Positions 48,965-60,342 of a DNA stretch of 64,000 nucleotides are shown piece by piece. A program made the position numbers and the translations under genes. Each line of letters starts with the position of its first letter. Position 1 is the stretch's first letter. The notes beneath the pieces were generated by a model. That model was not told the DNA's origin. It made no database searches and saw only the letters and a program-made list of their open reading frames with translations. The stretch comes from Paraspadella gotoi (taxonomy: Eukaryota > Animalia > Chaetognatha): positions 18,586,087 through 18,650,086 of the forward strand of contig CM119266.1 in assembly GCA_051294375.1 (NCBI GenBank). Reading direction: 5' to 3'.

Positions 48965-49985
48965 AAAGGAGACGAGAAGTGCTAGCGATTAGAGATCGTT
49001 TACTGGAAACGAGAGGAATGGATTGCCCAAGATTCCCCACCCACCATTTTGTCTTTGTCTCTATTTCTCTCTCTCTCTCTCCTACTCTCACTACACCTAA
49101 CGTCTCTCTCTCTCTATCGTCTATCCAAACGTTTCCCCTATTGTTTTGGCAGCGAATCTCCGTTTAATTCGCTTTGTTTTGAACGAAACATTTGTTTCTC
49201 TCTCTGTTTGTCTTTTGTTTCACAGAACAGCCGACAGGATGACGCTTCTCCCTCGTGCTGTTAAAGGGCGGCGGGTCGAGATGGTGGTTAAAGGATGGTA
49301 GCGATAATGGTATAGTGGAAATGACACAGTAGATAAATTAGTTTTCGTTTTTTTTTTTTTTTAATGACTGATTTAATCTCAAGAAAACTAAATTATTTTC
49401 TCTTCTTTTCATGACGAAAAGTCATCTTTTTTTTATTTTGATGGCGATAATTTTGGACTTTTGGTTCAATTGACCGCGAAAGGAGATCCAGACTTAAAAT
49501 CTAATGAGTTCCCGCGCCACCTCCCTCACTATCCGAACTTCCTCACCCAACTCTTTCTTTATCCTTGTTTTTTATTTACCTTTTTCCTTTTCTTTATTTC
49601 CTCTTAATATTTTTTTTAAATACTATTTATAAAATAGTCCTTATCTTCCCCTTTCTTATTTTCCTTCTTCAACTTTAAATCTTGTGGAGACGCGACCAAT
49701 AAGACGTTTTCCGGGTCGGTCTGTCATGTCCCGTCTGTCTGTTTATCTTTTATAGACGTTGAAAAGACCAAAACCTGTTACAGAGAATGGTTTCGTCGTC
49801 TAAATCGCGCGTTTCGAAGCTCCGAATAAGAAGAGAAGAAAAGTGAAGAAGAAAAAGAAAGAATTGGAAGGGACATTAAGGTCAATAGAGGAGGAAGAGG
49901 AGGATGAAAAAGAGAATGAGAAAAAATAAAATATTTAGAGAACCACGCCGAGTCCATTCATTACTGGATTCTGAGTCATTGTTAA

Positions 49986-50030
<45 letters not shown>
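35490..50030 (+). repeat. Degraded raw-read-like copy of ~25450-35290
   Basis: Same landmarks in the same order (SINE, AG tract, ATC tract, ccaaaaccggaatc block). Insertion-dominated noise is worst at ~38200-48300. Confidence 0.85.
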
Positions 50031-50041
<11 letters not shown>

Positions 50042-50106
50042 CCTCCCTTCTCTTCTCTCCCCCCTATTATTCTAACTCACCCCACTCACCCTTTTTCTCC
50101 CACCAG

Positions 50107-50259
50107 GCGGCAGCACGAGCAACTTCACGTCGTTCCTTCGTCGCCGTCGTCGTCGCCGACTCTCGTCCTGCCCGTGATCCTCTCGTCTTTCATCATCGCC
50201 CTCTATCGTCTTTGGCCTCTTGTGCCTTCTCTACAAAAGGAGATGGCGGACGGCGAAAG
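50107..50259 (+). CDS. Candidate transmembrane-segment exon (153 nt; reading frame ambiguous)
   Basis: ctttttctcccaccAG acceptor, AAG|GTGAGA donor, GC-rich. Hydrophobic TLVLPVILSSFIIAL in one frame and IVFGLLCLLYKRRWRTAK in another. Confidence 0.55.
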
Positions 50260-50291
50260 GTGAGAGAGAGAGGAGAAGAGAGAGAGAGCGA

Positions 50292-50335
<44 letters not shown>

Positions 50336-50896
50336 GAGAGAGAGAGAGANNNNNNNNNNNNNNNNNNNNNNNNNGAGAGAGAGAGAGAGAGAGAGTGAGA
50401 GAGAGGACGTTGAGATTTCAGATTTATTTCAGATTTATTTCAGATTTATGAAGTAAGAGAAATATTTTAGCTAAATATTTTGAGTAGAACCAAATCAGTA
50501 AAGGTTTCTGAATTTATAAATAGCTTAATATATCCACATAATTTTTTTGAAAAATATGATTTTTTTAAAAATGTTACTTAAGATTTTGCTTACTAGTAAA
50601 AGTTTTTTTTAAAAATTCAAAATTGCAATTGAAAATTGAAAATAAGGTCGTATTTTTTAACTCTCCAAAGTATATATTAACATAACATATTTTTCAATAG
50701 TTTCTTAATTTTTATTTTTATAAAATTGTGGCCATAATAAAAATATTAAGTTATATTGACAAATTATAATCAAATATAACATATGATCGTTTCTATAAAA
50801 ACCCGATTGTCATTTGCTTTTGGTCGTAAAAAATATATTTCGTTTGTTAATATTATAATAAATTGATGAAGAACAGAGAGAGAAACGTCGGAAGAA

Positions 50897-50955
<59 letters not shown>

Positions 50956-51162
50956 TAGTTATTGTCTTATCCCATTTATATTTCATTTGATTTAAGTAGA
51001 AATACTCCTTTTATCTCTTCCGAACTTTTTATTGATTGACATCCGACAAAATTTTTTTCCCCAAAGAAAATAAAAAAATTTCAGTAGAAAAAAAAATAAC
51101 AGAAAAGAAAAGAAAAGAGACGAAGACGTATATTTTTAAGGGAATAATGGAATGTTTTTCGC

Positions 51163-51456
51163 TATTTTCCAAAAGCGCTTCGTTTCTGCTCCTTAATCTC
51201 CAAACATTCTTTTAACTTTAGTATTTAACCTTTAAACTTTTATTGAATTCTTAACCCTAATCCCTAACAATAACTAAATCCCCAAATCTTATCCCTTAAA
51301 TAATTCCTAATCCTAATCCTTAATTTTATCACTTAACCCCTTCCCTTATTCCTGACCGAATCTTTTACTTAATCCCTATACTCATCTTTATGCTAATCTA
51401 TAAATTTAAAAACTAACTGAACCATTAAAGCTGAAACCGGGAGCTTTTGTAAAATA
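51163..51456. mobile_element. Non-autonomous inverted-repeat element with CCTAA-like core
   Basis: TATTTTCCAAAAGCGCTTCGTTTC matches the reverse complement of GAAACCGGGAGCTTTTGTAAAATA at 19/24. Interior is degenerate (CCTAAY)n. Confidence 0.55.
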
Positions 51457-51595
51457 TGGACGGAATATACGTCATTGTCGTCGTCATTGTCGTCGTCATT
51501 GTCGTCGTCGTTCCATCGATTTTTTTTCATTCCCGCGATAATTTTTTTTTTTCAATTTGTGCTGAGGGAATTTGTCTGCTTCTTATTTCGCCAAG

Positions 51596-51644
51596 TTGGT
51601 CATTTGAGACGAGAAGAGGAACGTCGCTTGGGACAAAGTCTTAG
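51596..51644 (+). CDS. Candidate small juxtamembrane exon (V)GHLRREEERRLGQSL
   Basis: tcttatttcgccaAG acceptor, AG|GTAATG donor. Phase 1 start fits the KRRWRTAK reading of the TM exon. Confidence 0.3.
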
Positions 51645-53441
51645 GTAATGAAAGACGAGGATAAGGCATTGCGTCATTCGTGACAAACAAATTCCGCGTG
51701 AGAATTAACTCATGGAAATTCGCATTTTGAAAATTAAATAATATATTCGAAGTCGTCGTCAACGTCGTCTTTGCCGTCCCGTCCATAATAACGTTTGGAT
51801 CTACAAGAATACCATATGGCAGAAAAGAGACTGACGGAAAAACTAGAACCGTGAAATAGAACAGGTTAAAGCCAGGGAAAAAAGAGAGGAAAAAAGATAG
51901 TAAAAGAAGAAGGAAAAGGAGATCAGAAAGAAGACAGGAAAAGGAGATAGGAAATGATTATAAATGAAGACAGACAATGAAGACNNNNNNNNNNNNNNNN
52001 NNNNNNNNNNNNNNNNNNNNNNNNNNNNNNNNNNNNNNNNNNNNNNNNNNNNNNNNNNNNNNNNNNNNNNNNNNNNNNCGAGATTGACAAATGAATACAA
52101 GATAGGGAGAAAAGAAACGGAAATGATTTGGATAAATGAGAGAAATGTGAGTAAAAACAGGGAGAAAATTATATATTATATATTATATATTATATATATA
52201 TATATACGTGGGCACAATCCTGCTACCACCATTATATATTATATTATTATAATATATTATATATTATTATATATTATATATTAGGCCAAATTAAAAATTA
52301 ATTATGGAGAGGGAAAAAGAAATGAAAAGAAAAATCGAAGAGAATAACGAGAATAATGATTATTTAGGAAAGAATAAAGGACTGAAGATTAAAAATAAAT
52401 GATGAGATAAGATTAAAAGAAAAGGAAAAAAGAAAAAAAAAACAGTTTTTGTGCCAAAAAGAAAAGAAACTCCGCCTCTGATTTGGCCGCTCATAACTTG
52501 AGTCCTTGGGGAAGCACAAAGCTGAGGAAAAGGAAAGGGAGGAAAGTAGGCAAAAAGAAAATGAAATAAAGTAAAAGGAAAGGAAGGAAAGTAAGGAGAA
52601 AAAAGAATCGAAAGGAAAAGTAAATAAAAGAAAAAGATTAAAGGAAAAGAGGAGGGAATCAGAGAGAAAAGAAAAGAGGAAGGAAAGGAAGGAAAGAAGA
52701 CAGAAAGAAAAAGAATAAAAGTTGGGTAGAAAAATGAGAGGAGAAGAGAAGATCAATAGAAAAGAAAGGATTCATGGAAAAGGAGAAGAAGAAAAAAGAG
52801 AAACCAGAAAGGAGGCAAAAATAAAAGATGAAAGATGAAAATTAAAGGAAAGAAAGATGAATAAAAAAAAATAAGGAGACGGAAAAGAGAGAAATTGTAA
52901 GGAAAAGAAAATAAAAAAGATGGATAAAAAAAGAAAAGGAAAAGAAAAGAAAGAAATCTTATTCTGACTCGCGTCCGTCCGTCCGTCCGTCCGTCTGACC
53001 CGCGTCCGACAATGACCCAACTCTTTTTTCCCCTTTTCGGAGTCGAAGGGACCCAAAGATTTCTCTTCGTGTCTCTTGGGCGCTGAAGATCATGAAAGGT
53101 CATGATGATGATGATCTTGACCAACGTCGCTCATGACTTTGATTTCTTGATTTTATTCGCCGAGAATCTAATTGTTTACATTTTTTTTTAATTTAAAAAA
53201 ACAATTTTTAGATTTTTATTTTCTTTTTTATTTAAATTTTTTTTGAGTTTTTTTTTAGATCAGATATTGATTAACAGATTTGAGATGAGCAACTTTGTAT
53301 TCTTCCGCCCCAAACATTCGTATCTCAGAAAAAAATATTTGAAGACCGATAGATCGACTGACAGACAGACCAAATGTTTCATCATATCCAATTCGATCGC
53401 TCGATCTGATTGGTTCTCCGCTTGCTTCCCCCCCCCCTCAG

Positions 53442-53590
53442 TTCCCAAGTCGCCCGCTGATCTCCACGTTTCCTCTTCATCGCCCAACACGTTGACGGTA
53501 CAGTGGGCACCGCCTTTCGCGTCAGACGCCGAGAATAGATTCATTTACGCCTACGAAGTCACTTATTATCCCGTCGGAATGACCTACAAG
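53442..53590 (+). CDS. FN3-repeat protein exon A (N-half of FN3 domain 1): xPKSPADLHVSSSSPNTLTVQWAPPFASDAENRFIYAYEVTYYPVGMTYK
   Basis: ccccccctcAG acceptor and AAG|GTGAGC donor. Phase 1 to 0. FN3 motifs P-x-x-L, L-x-V-x-W-x-P-P and Y-x-V-x-Y. Confidence 0.92.
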
Positions 53591-55035
53591 GTGAGCCGGA
53601 CCCACTGATCGATATTCGAGGAACGACCTGTAGTTTGTCCCCTGCATGAAAATATTCAAAAAAACCCAATGTCTATCGGTCGAATCCTCCGTATGAGTTT
53701 GAAGTTTGCAGTTTGATGGTTTCGAAGGTTTACAAAAAAACAACGCGATAGTCTAGTGTGCATAATTGCATATGTGTTAACAGTCGTAAAATATTAACAG
53801 CCCTGTTTTATCAAAATATAGGGTCATATGTAATCTAGCGTTTCGCTAACCTTTAATTAGCTCAAGCACTAATATTTATGTACATTTTGTCTACTATATT
53901 GACGGAGACCTCGTCTAGTTTATAGGCTTAGAAAGGCTTTTACTAAGGCATTTTAAAATTTATAACTTCTCCTTTGAATGATCCTACGGTCCTACGGTCC
54001 TACAGTGATGTTTCTAGCACTCCTCCCTAATTACGTATTATATTCTCTAATTTGTTAATCTCACCCTCAAAGACAGTCTGTGTTTTACATTTTAATGTTT
54101 TTTTAATCATTGGCGTCATCCGATATAAAAATGTCACCGCATGTCGTCTTATGTCAAAATTGAGTCAAATCAAATGATAGAAAACATACATACTCTCAGT
54201 GGAATCTAAACTCTACTTCTAAAAATAGATCAATGAGTCATTTTTTTTTTAAATTGAGAATTTTAAAAGTATTTTTAAAGTCAACAAACGAAAGGATTCA
54301 CTAAAAAAAAAAAAAATCAAAGCAGATGCGAAGATTTGAAGATGTGTGGAGGGAGGATGATAAAGGGTTATATGAAGTTGGTACAACCAATATATAAATT
54401 ATCCATTCATTTAATAAATTAGCTATCTTGCCCTGTTTATTTACTCCCAACGTACCTGGCTTCCCTATCAATAAAGTGGTATAATATTTCAAAGAATGTT
54501 TCAATCGTATGAAAAGAACACTTCCTTAAGTATTTGTTCGGCCTCGGGGAAATACTACTTCGCCCAGCATCAAAATACAAGGACCTGAATTGATATGATA
54601 CAGAGTAATGATAAAGATTATTGGCTGAGAGACAAATTATATAAAAAATACAAGATTTGTTGACAATATCACTTTAAAAAAAAATCAAAAATGAATCAAA
54701 AAAATTTAAAAACTTTGTAAAAGTAAAACTACATTATTGTTTATTGAAAAAAAACTTTTTACATATGACAAAAGTTAAAGCGATATGTAACAATGTGAAA
54801 ATAATTGTCAATAAAAATTTTGTTCAAAAAATGTTTAAAAAGAATAAATTTGTGAGAACAAAAGACGTGAGAAAAATTGTTGGGCAAAACGTGAGAGAAT
54901 CGATAAACATTCGTCACTCGTCAATTTTTTGTTTATTATCCTTACATTTTTTAAAACTTTATTGTCACTCGGGGGGGAAAAGGGAGAAAGATTCTTGTTT
55001 TAAATCCCGATTCGCGTATTTGACAGGGGAGAGAG

Positions 55036-55121
<86 letters not shown>

Positions 55122-57131
55122 AATTGAAGTGGTAAAGAAGATTAAATGAGAGGGGCAGTAGTGAAAAAAAATAGAAAAGAGAGAAAAAGAAATAAAGGGT
55201 TATTGAAATGTAAATTTAAGCCTTTAAGGTTTAATGATAGCAAACTAACCGCACGCACTATTCTGCCAAATGTCTTTAATACACATATTTTTCAAATTTT
55301 TTTAACCTTAACATAAATTTAAGTAGACTTTATTACATTTGGGAAAAATATGCTGACGTTTATTCAAACATAAAACTTAAAAAATTTAATGGGTGCATTT
55401 AAACAGAGCCTCACCCACGACCGAGAAGACGGTAAAAAAATTTTTAAAAAATGTAGCTGTTTTACATTTGTATTCTATTAAGAATTTTTTACAATAAAAA
55501 AGAAAAAAAAATATTTGGGTATCTGGTAAATAGATAATATGAATAATATAAAATAAATTTAATGATTAATAAATTATGTTGCTGCAGCAATTACATAGAT
55601 TTATTTTTTAATTCATTCAACGGCGATTCATAAATATTTAATGATTGTTTTTTTTTATCAATTAGACCAATAAAAACTTTAATTTGCATAAAAATCTGAG
55701 AAAAAATAACGAAAAATTAAAAAATCACTCCTTAATCTTTTCCTAAACACGCATGACTCTTAGAGTATCTTTTAGATCATAAAATGAAAAGCAAATTGAA
55801 GTCCACCTTTCGAACGAACTTTTATGGTTGTTCATTATTGAATGTTTGTTGTTCTGCATTTAGTTTAATCCATTAGTCTCCTTGATGTGTTTTACAAATA
55901 AAATCAGAAAAAAAACTCATTTCATTTTTATTTTTCTTTTCATCCGCTTTTCACTTTTTCGATTTCGCTTTCGATTTTCTTTTATTTCCATTTCACCAAT
56001 CTACCCCTCCCCTTAAAAATTGCAAAACAAAAAAAATTAAAAGACTTACTGTAGTTGGAGAAAATCTTTGAGAAAACCGCCGCCGAAAATCCTCATGAAA
56101 ACTCGCTATCAGGTAAAGCGGGATCAGATTAACGATGAGATTTCGGATCAAATTTGTTCTATTTACCTAATTTTTTTTATATCGTATAATAATAGTATCG
56201 AACATCGAAAATCTTTTCTTAAACTACAAAAAAACAAAGAGTGTTCTTCTCTTACCTATGAAGAATCACACCGGCTCAGGAAAAAGTTGAATCAATGCAG
56301 CACCAACAGCGGTTTAAAGTCATTGCAAACGCGCCCGATACAATTTTTCTGTTTCCAGTGAAATTGGTAAAACCGAATCGGATTCATTTGAGACACAGCG
56401 AAGGAGTTGTTATATTATTGTATGTTATCTTATTTAAACTCTCAAGATGCTTGATAATTAAAAAAAATTTAAATCTCCAACTCATTTACATGAATCGGTT
56501 TGTAAATCTTAACCACCGGGCTCCTTTATAAGTGGGGACGTCGCTCTGAACAAAAAAACTTTTTTTTTTCTGTTTGGTCTCACGGAATTTTCCCTTTTTT
56601 TAAAAGAAAATATAAAAAACATAATTTAAAACGAATTAAAATAATAATTGTTTCTGGAGACACGACTCCCTTCTAATATTTTGTTTCTGACGAATGGGCG
56701 CGAACCTCGTAAACTATTCCCACACACTTTCACAATTACTTTTGCAATTAATTCACACTTTGTCACTTTCGTCTTTTCTTTACATGTCATTTGTCTCACG
56801 GCATTTTTCTCTCTTTTTCACATCTTTCTAACTTTTTTTAGTTCAATTTGAAATTTCATTTTCTTGTTCATTTTTCATTCGCTGTCCATGTTTGGGCTTT
56901 TTTTTTCAATTAACATTTTTTCACAATCTCCTTTTAATTGTTTGTTGTTGATTATTTATTTCGCTCCTTTTATTCTACTCCTTTGTTTTCTATATTTTTC
57001 TCTTTAAATTATTTTGCTTTTTGTTTCTTTTTATTTTTTTTCTCTCACGACGAAACGATTAACTTTGTTGTTGTTGTAGTTTTTCTCCGCCCTTTGTTAA
57101 GTCTTTTGTTCTTGTATGAATGCTTTTATAG

Positions 57132-57214
<83 letters not shown>

Positions 57215-57425
57215 TTCTTTTTCTCTTTTTCTCTCTTCTATCTCTGTGTATCTGTCTGTCTCTCCATCTCTATCTCTCCGTCTCTTTTTGTGTATTTGTC
57301 AGTCCCTTTTTTTTCTATCGCTGTGTTTGTCTGTATCTCTCTTTTTCTTACTCACCCTTTCTGTGTCTCCTTCACTCTATCTCTCTCTCTCTCTCTCTAT
57401 GTACTCTTATCCTCTCCCCCTCCAG

Positions 57426-57576
57426 GATGTGGTTCCCTCGGACGGGAAGACTGTCCTCGCCCGCCAAGAGCAGACGGTCTTGACGAATCTCATTGGTGGA
57501 CAGCAATACTCGGTGGAAGTGGCGACGATGGACCGAGATCAGAGATCTGCGCCATCGAAGATAATTCACAGAACCG
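57426..57576 (+). CDS. FN3-repeat protein exon B (C-half of FN3 domain 1): DVVPSDGKTVLARQEQTVLTNLIGGQQYSVEVATMDRDQRSAPSKIIHRT
   Basis: Long CT tract plus tccAG acceptor, G|GTGAAT donor. Phase 0 to 1 matches exons A and C. L-x-N-L-x-x-G-x-x-Y-x-V-x-V tyrosine corner. Confidence 0.92.
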
Positions 57577-58664
57577 GTGAATGGAATGAAGTGAATAGAA
57601 TCGAATGAATAAAAAAATAAATGAATAAATTATTTTAAAAAATAATTAAATAAATGAACGATAAATGAATAAATCCATGTATCAATTAAAGGAAGAATTA
57701 TTCAGAGCGTGGATGTTCTATTGCAGTACTATTGAAAAAAAAATTAATTAAGTTAACTGAATGCTCAATTAACTGATAAATTTATTAAGAAGGATGATGA
57801 ATATAAAGAGATCTCAAAATTAATGATTATGAAAGTTGCGAAATTACTTGTTTCACTATCTTTATCTATAAATCTATTTATTTATTTGTTATTTTATTCC
57901 TGGCTAAAAAAAGGGGCGAAAACCAGTTCTCTTTCATAAACCATGTTTAGTGTTTACAGTTCATTGCTCTCTCGTAAAATGAATGTATCGTGTAACCTCG
58001 GCACGAGTAAAAAGATTTTCGAAAAAAGGGACAATTTTTATTTGGTTAAAATAATTATGGCAATTAACGAGAAAAAAAATTCAATAATTACGACAAAAAG
58101 GAAAACACGCTCTTTACAATCCGAGATGATATACTAGATAATTTTTTTTAGTTTTAGATTCAAACGAAAAAACAAACTAAAAAAGACCATAAAATAATTA
58201 AAAAGAGTTTAAAAAAATCGGAATTTGGCAAATATTTAGAAAATTCTAACATTTTTTTTCAAATCCACGCGAAAAAATGTTTTAGTTTATCTTATACTTA
58301 AAAAAATAAAGGAAGAGAGAAAAAGAGAAAGTAAACCTTTTGTTAAATGAAATTTCCTTCTTTTTTTATTTCTGGAATTTTCTTTATTTAAGTTTCTTTT
58401 ATTATCTTTTTCCGTTTGAGTTTGACTTTCTAGACAAAGACTAACAAGTTCGAAACTTTTAAGCAGAAGAAAGTTTCTTTCTTTCTTTTATGATGAAACG
58501 TAACTTCTTGATATATTCTCTTTTATGTAGCTCAAAGTTTTATCAATTCTTTTTTTGTATCAATTGTTTATTACCTTCACTGTTTTATTTTTAAATCATT
58601 GATCGATTAATTTGTACCTTTTTTTCTCCTTAACCAATTGGATTTCTCTTTTGTTCGATTTCAG

Positions 58665-58761
58665 TGCCTCATCCGCCAGAGAACGTGAGAGTCGACCGCG
58701 TCACTTGCACCTCCATCGACGTCACGTGGACGACGCCACCTGGAAGCTTCACGGGATACAG
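58665..58761 (+). CDS. FN3-repeat protein exon C: VPHPPENVRVDRVTCTSIDVTWTTPPGSFTGY(S)
   Basis: ttgttcgatttcAG acceptor, CAG|GTGCTT donor. Phase 1 to 2. P-P-x-N-V and S-I-x-V-x-W FN3 motifs. Confidence 0.92.
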
Positions 58762-58902
58762 GTGCTTAAGGGAACAGTTGTAACGGGCTGTTGGACCAAC
58801 AGTGTTGGTGCGGTTAGGTAGCAGTCTTCCCATTGATATAATTTAGATGCATTGAATGCCCTCATGCGTCTTTTGCTGTAATAAATGTCCTCCCCTTTGC
58901 AG

Positions 58903-58988
58903 TATCGTGTGGTATCCCGTTGACCAGAAAGAGGACATTCACCATCTGCAATTAAGCGACAAGAATGCGGATATTCTCGCCCTCGCAA
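58903..58988 (+). CDS. FN3-repeat protein exon D: IVWYPVDQKEDIHHLQLSDKNADILALA(N)
   Basis: cccctttgcAG acceptor, A|GTCAGT donor. Phase 2 to 1 joins C and E in frame (GYSIVWYP...LANLIPG). Confidence 0.85.
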
Positions 58989-59126
58989 GTCAGTCTCTCT
59001 CTCTGTCTGACTGTCTGTCTGTCTCTCTCTCTCTCTAATACCTGAACAGCTTTAAATTATATTCGCAATTCTCTCCTTCACACCCTCTCCCTCTCTTCCC
59101 CCTCTCCCTCTCAATCACGTCCCCAG

Positions 59127-59216
59127 ATCTCATCCCCGGTCGTGAATACACCGTTTCCATAGCAACTCAATCAGACGACAAAAAGAGTCAACGAATCGTC
59201 ATCACTTCCTACACCC
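59127..59216 (+). CDS. FN3-repeat protein exon E: LIPGREYTVSIATQSDDKKSQRIVITSYT
   Basis: ccccAG acceptor, C|GTGAGT donor. L-x-P-G-x-x-Y-x-V-x-I motif. Phase 1 to 1. Confidence 0.92.
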
Positions 59217-59477
59217 GTGAGTTTGTGAAGAGTCATAATTGTTTTTCGGCGGGCCGCTCTGTAGGTCAAGCTGTAAACTGTAAAACTTGTCAAGAATAAA
59301 ATTTTAAAATTCTTTGGGTCCTTATGAAATTCGCATATTAGCGTAATATTGTATATATTATAATTCTTTTATGCTTATAGCAAAGTATTTCATTAAATTT
59401 TTTTTATCTTGTGTATTATTTTTCCGCCCATGAGCTTTGTGGAGGTTGTCTACTCCTCTACTCGCACCTTTAATTTT

Positions 59478-59668
59478 ACCCAGTGTCGTAATCCGGTGTC
59501 TCATTGAGTATAAGGACCACGTACCGGGTTGGGATTAATTCCAACCCCTACTGGAAGCGTGAGAACGGCCGTAAACCGCCTTGGAGGCGTAACGAACCTA
59601 CAAGCCAGGTCCCAAGCTCAGGACCCGTTTCTTAGCCCAAAGAGTGGGTTAATGGAGGAAAGCTACGC
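59478..59668 (+). mobile_element. Retroelement 5'-end remnant with multi-hairpin, twister-ribozyme-like motif
   Basis: GCCAGGTCCCAAGC (59604-59617) resembles the twister P4/L4 core GCCGGUCCCAAGC. Downstream AATGGAGG and several adjacent hairpins. Confidence 0.45.
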
Positions 59669-59951
59669 AAAATCATTAAATATATTAGTAAAACTATGTG
59701 AATAATATTTCATTTAGTTTCAGTTCATAAGTTCACAAAAATTAGACGAGTGTAAACTTGAAAATTCTCAAACAGATTCAAACGACAAAATGTAATTATT
59801 TCTGTCGGTCATTTAGTCGGTGGGTCGGTGAGTCCCTCAGTTCGTCGCTGAAAATGAAGTGAAACATTTTTCAAAACAAAATTCAGATCATAAATCATTG
59901 GCTCTTTGAGAATTATGACGACTGAAATTTAAGGCATCCATCTGCGGGCGC

Positions 59952-60160
59952 TATTTTCCGAAAGGGTCCCTTTCCTAAAATTAAATGTACATAATTTTAA
60001 TCTTATAACAAATACTTTGTTATATCTCTAACCCCAATACATAACAACCTAACGCTAACCCTAACCCAAATTCCTAACCTTAACCTCTAAACTAATTCCT
60101 AAACCTAAAAACTAAATTGATGCCGAATTTAAAAGGTAAATAGGGCATTTTGGGATAATA
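59952..60160. mobile_element. Related inverted-repeat element with (CCTAAC)n core
   Basis: TATTTTCCGAAAGGGTCCC...AGGGCATTTTGGGATAATA ends flank acctaacgctaaccctaaccc repeats. Confidence 0.5.
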
Positions 60161-60196
60161 AGGCACCCCTTTTCTCCCCCCCCTATCCACCCCCAG

Positions 60197-60342
60197 TTCC
60201 TTCTCCCCCTGCGGGACTCCGCGCCATCTCCCACACGTCAACCTCCATTTCACTTCAATGGGACCGCGCGTTCGGCCTCGTCACCAACTACGAAGTCTCG
60301 CACCACCTGGCGGTCGACGCCGGCGCCTCTGACGGCGGAGAG
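60197..60342 (+). CDS. FN3-repeat protein exon F (N-half of FN3 domain 3): LPSPPAGLRAISHTSTSISLQWDRAFGLVTNYEVSHHLAVDAGASDGGE
   Basis: acccccAG acceptor, GAG|GTGAGA donor. Phase 1 to 0. T-S-I-x-L-x-W and Y-x-V motifs. Confidence 0.92.

Noticed and set aside
56055-56112. Possible extra exon LEKIFEKTAAENPHENSLS with a CAG|GTAAAG donor in the A-B intron
   Set aside because: The acceptor is weak, and phase 0 to 1 would break the frame unless a further hypothetical micro-exon is used. Exons A and B already join cleanly.
58985-58990. GC-AG type donor (GCAAGT) for exon D
   Set aside because: It gives phase 0, which is incompatible with exon E. The canonical GTCAGT four bases later fits.
60028-60115. 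True telomere or chromosome fusion site
   Set aside because: The tract is short, degenerate, intronic and enclosed by inverted repeats of a dispersed element.
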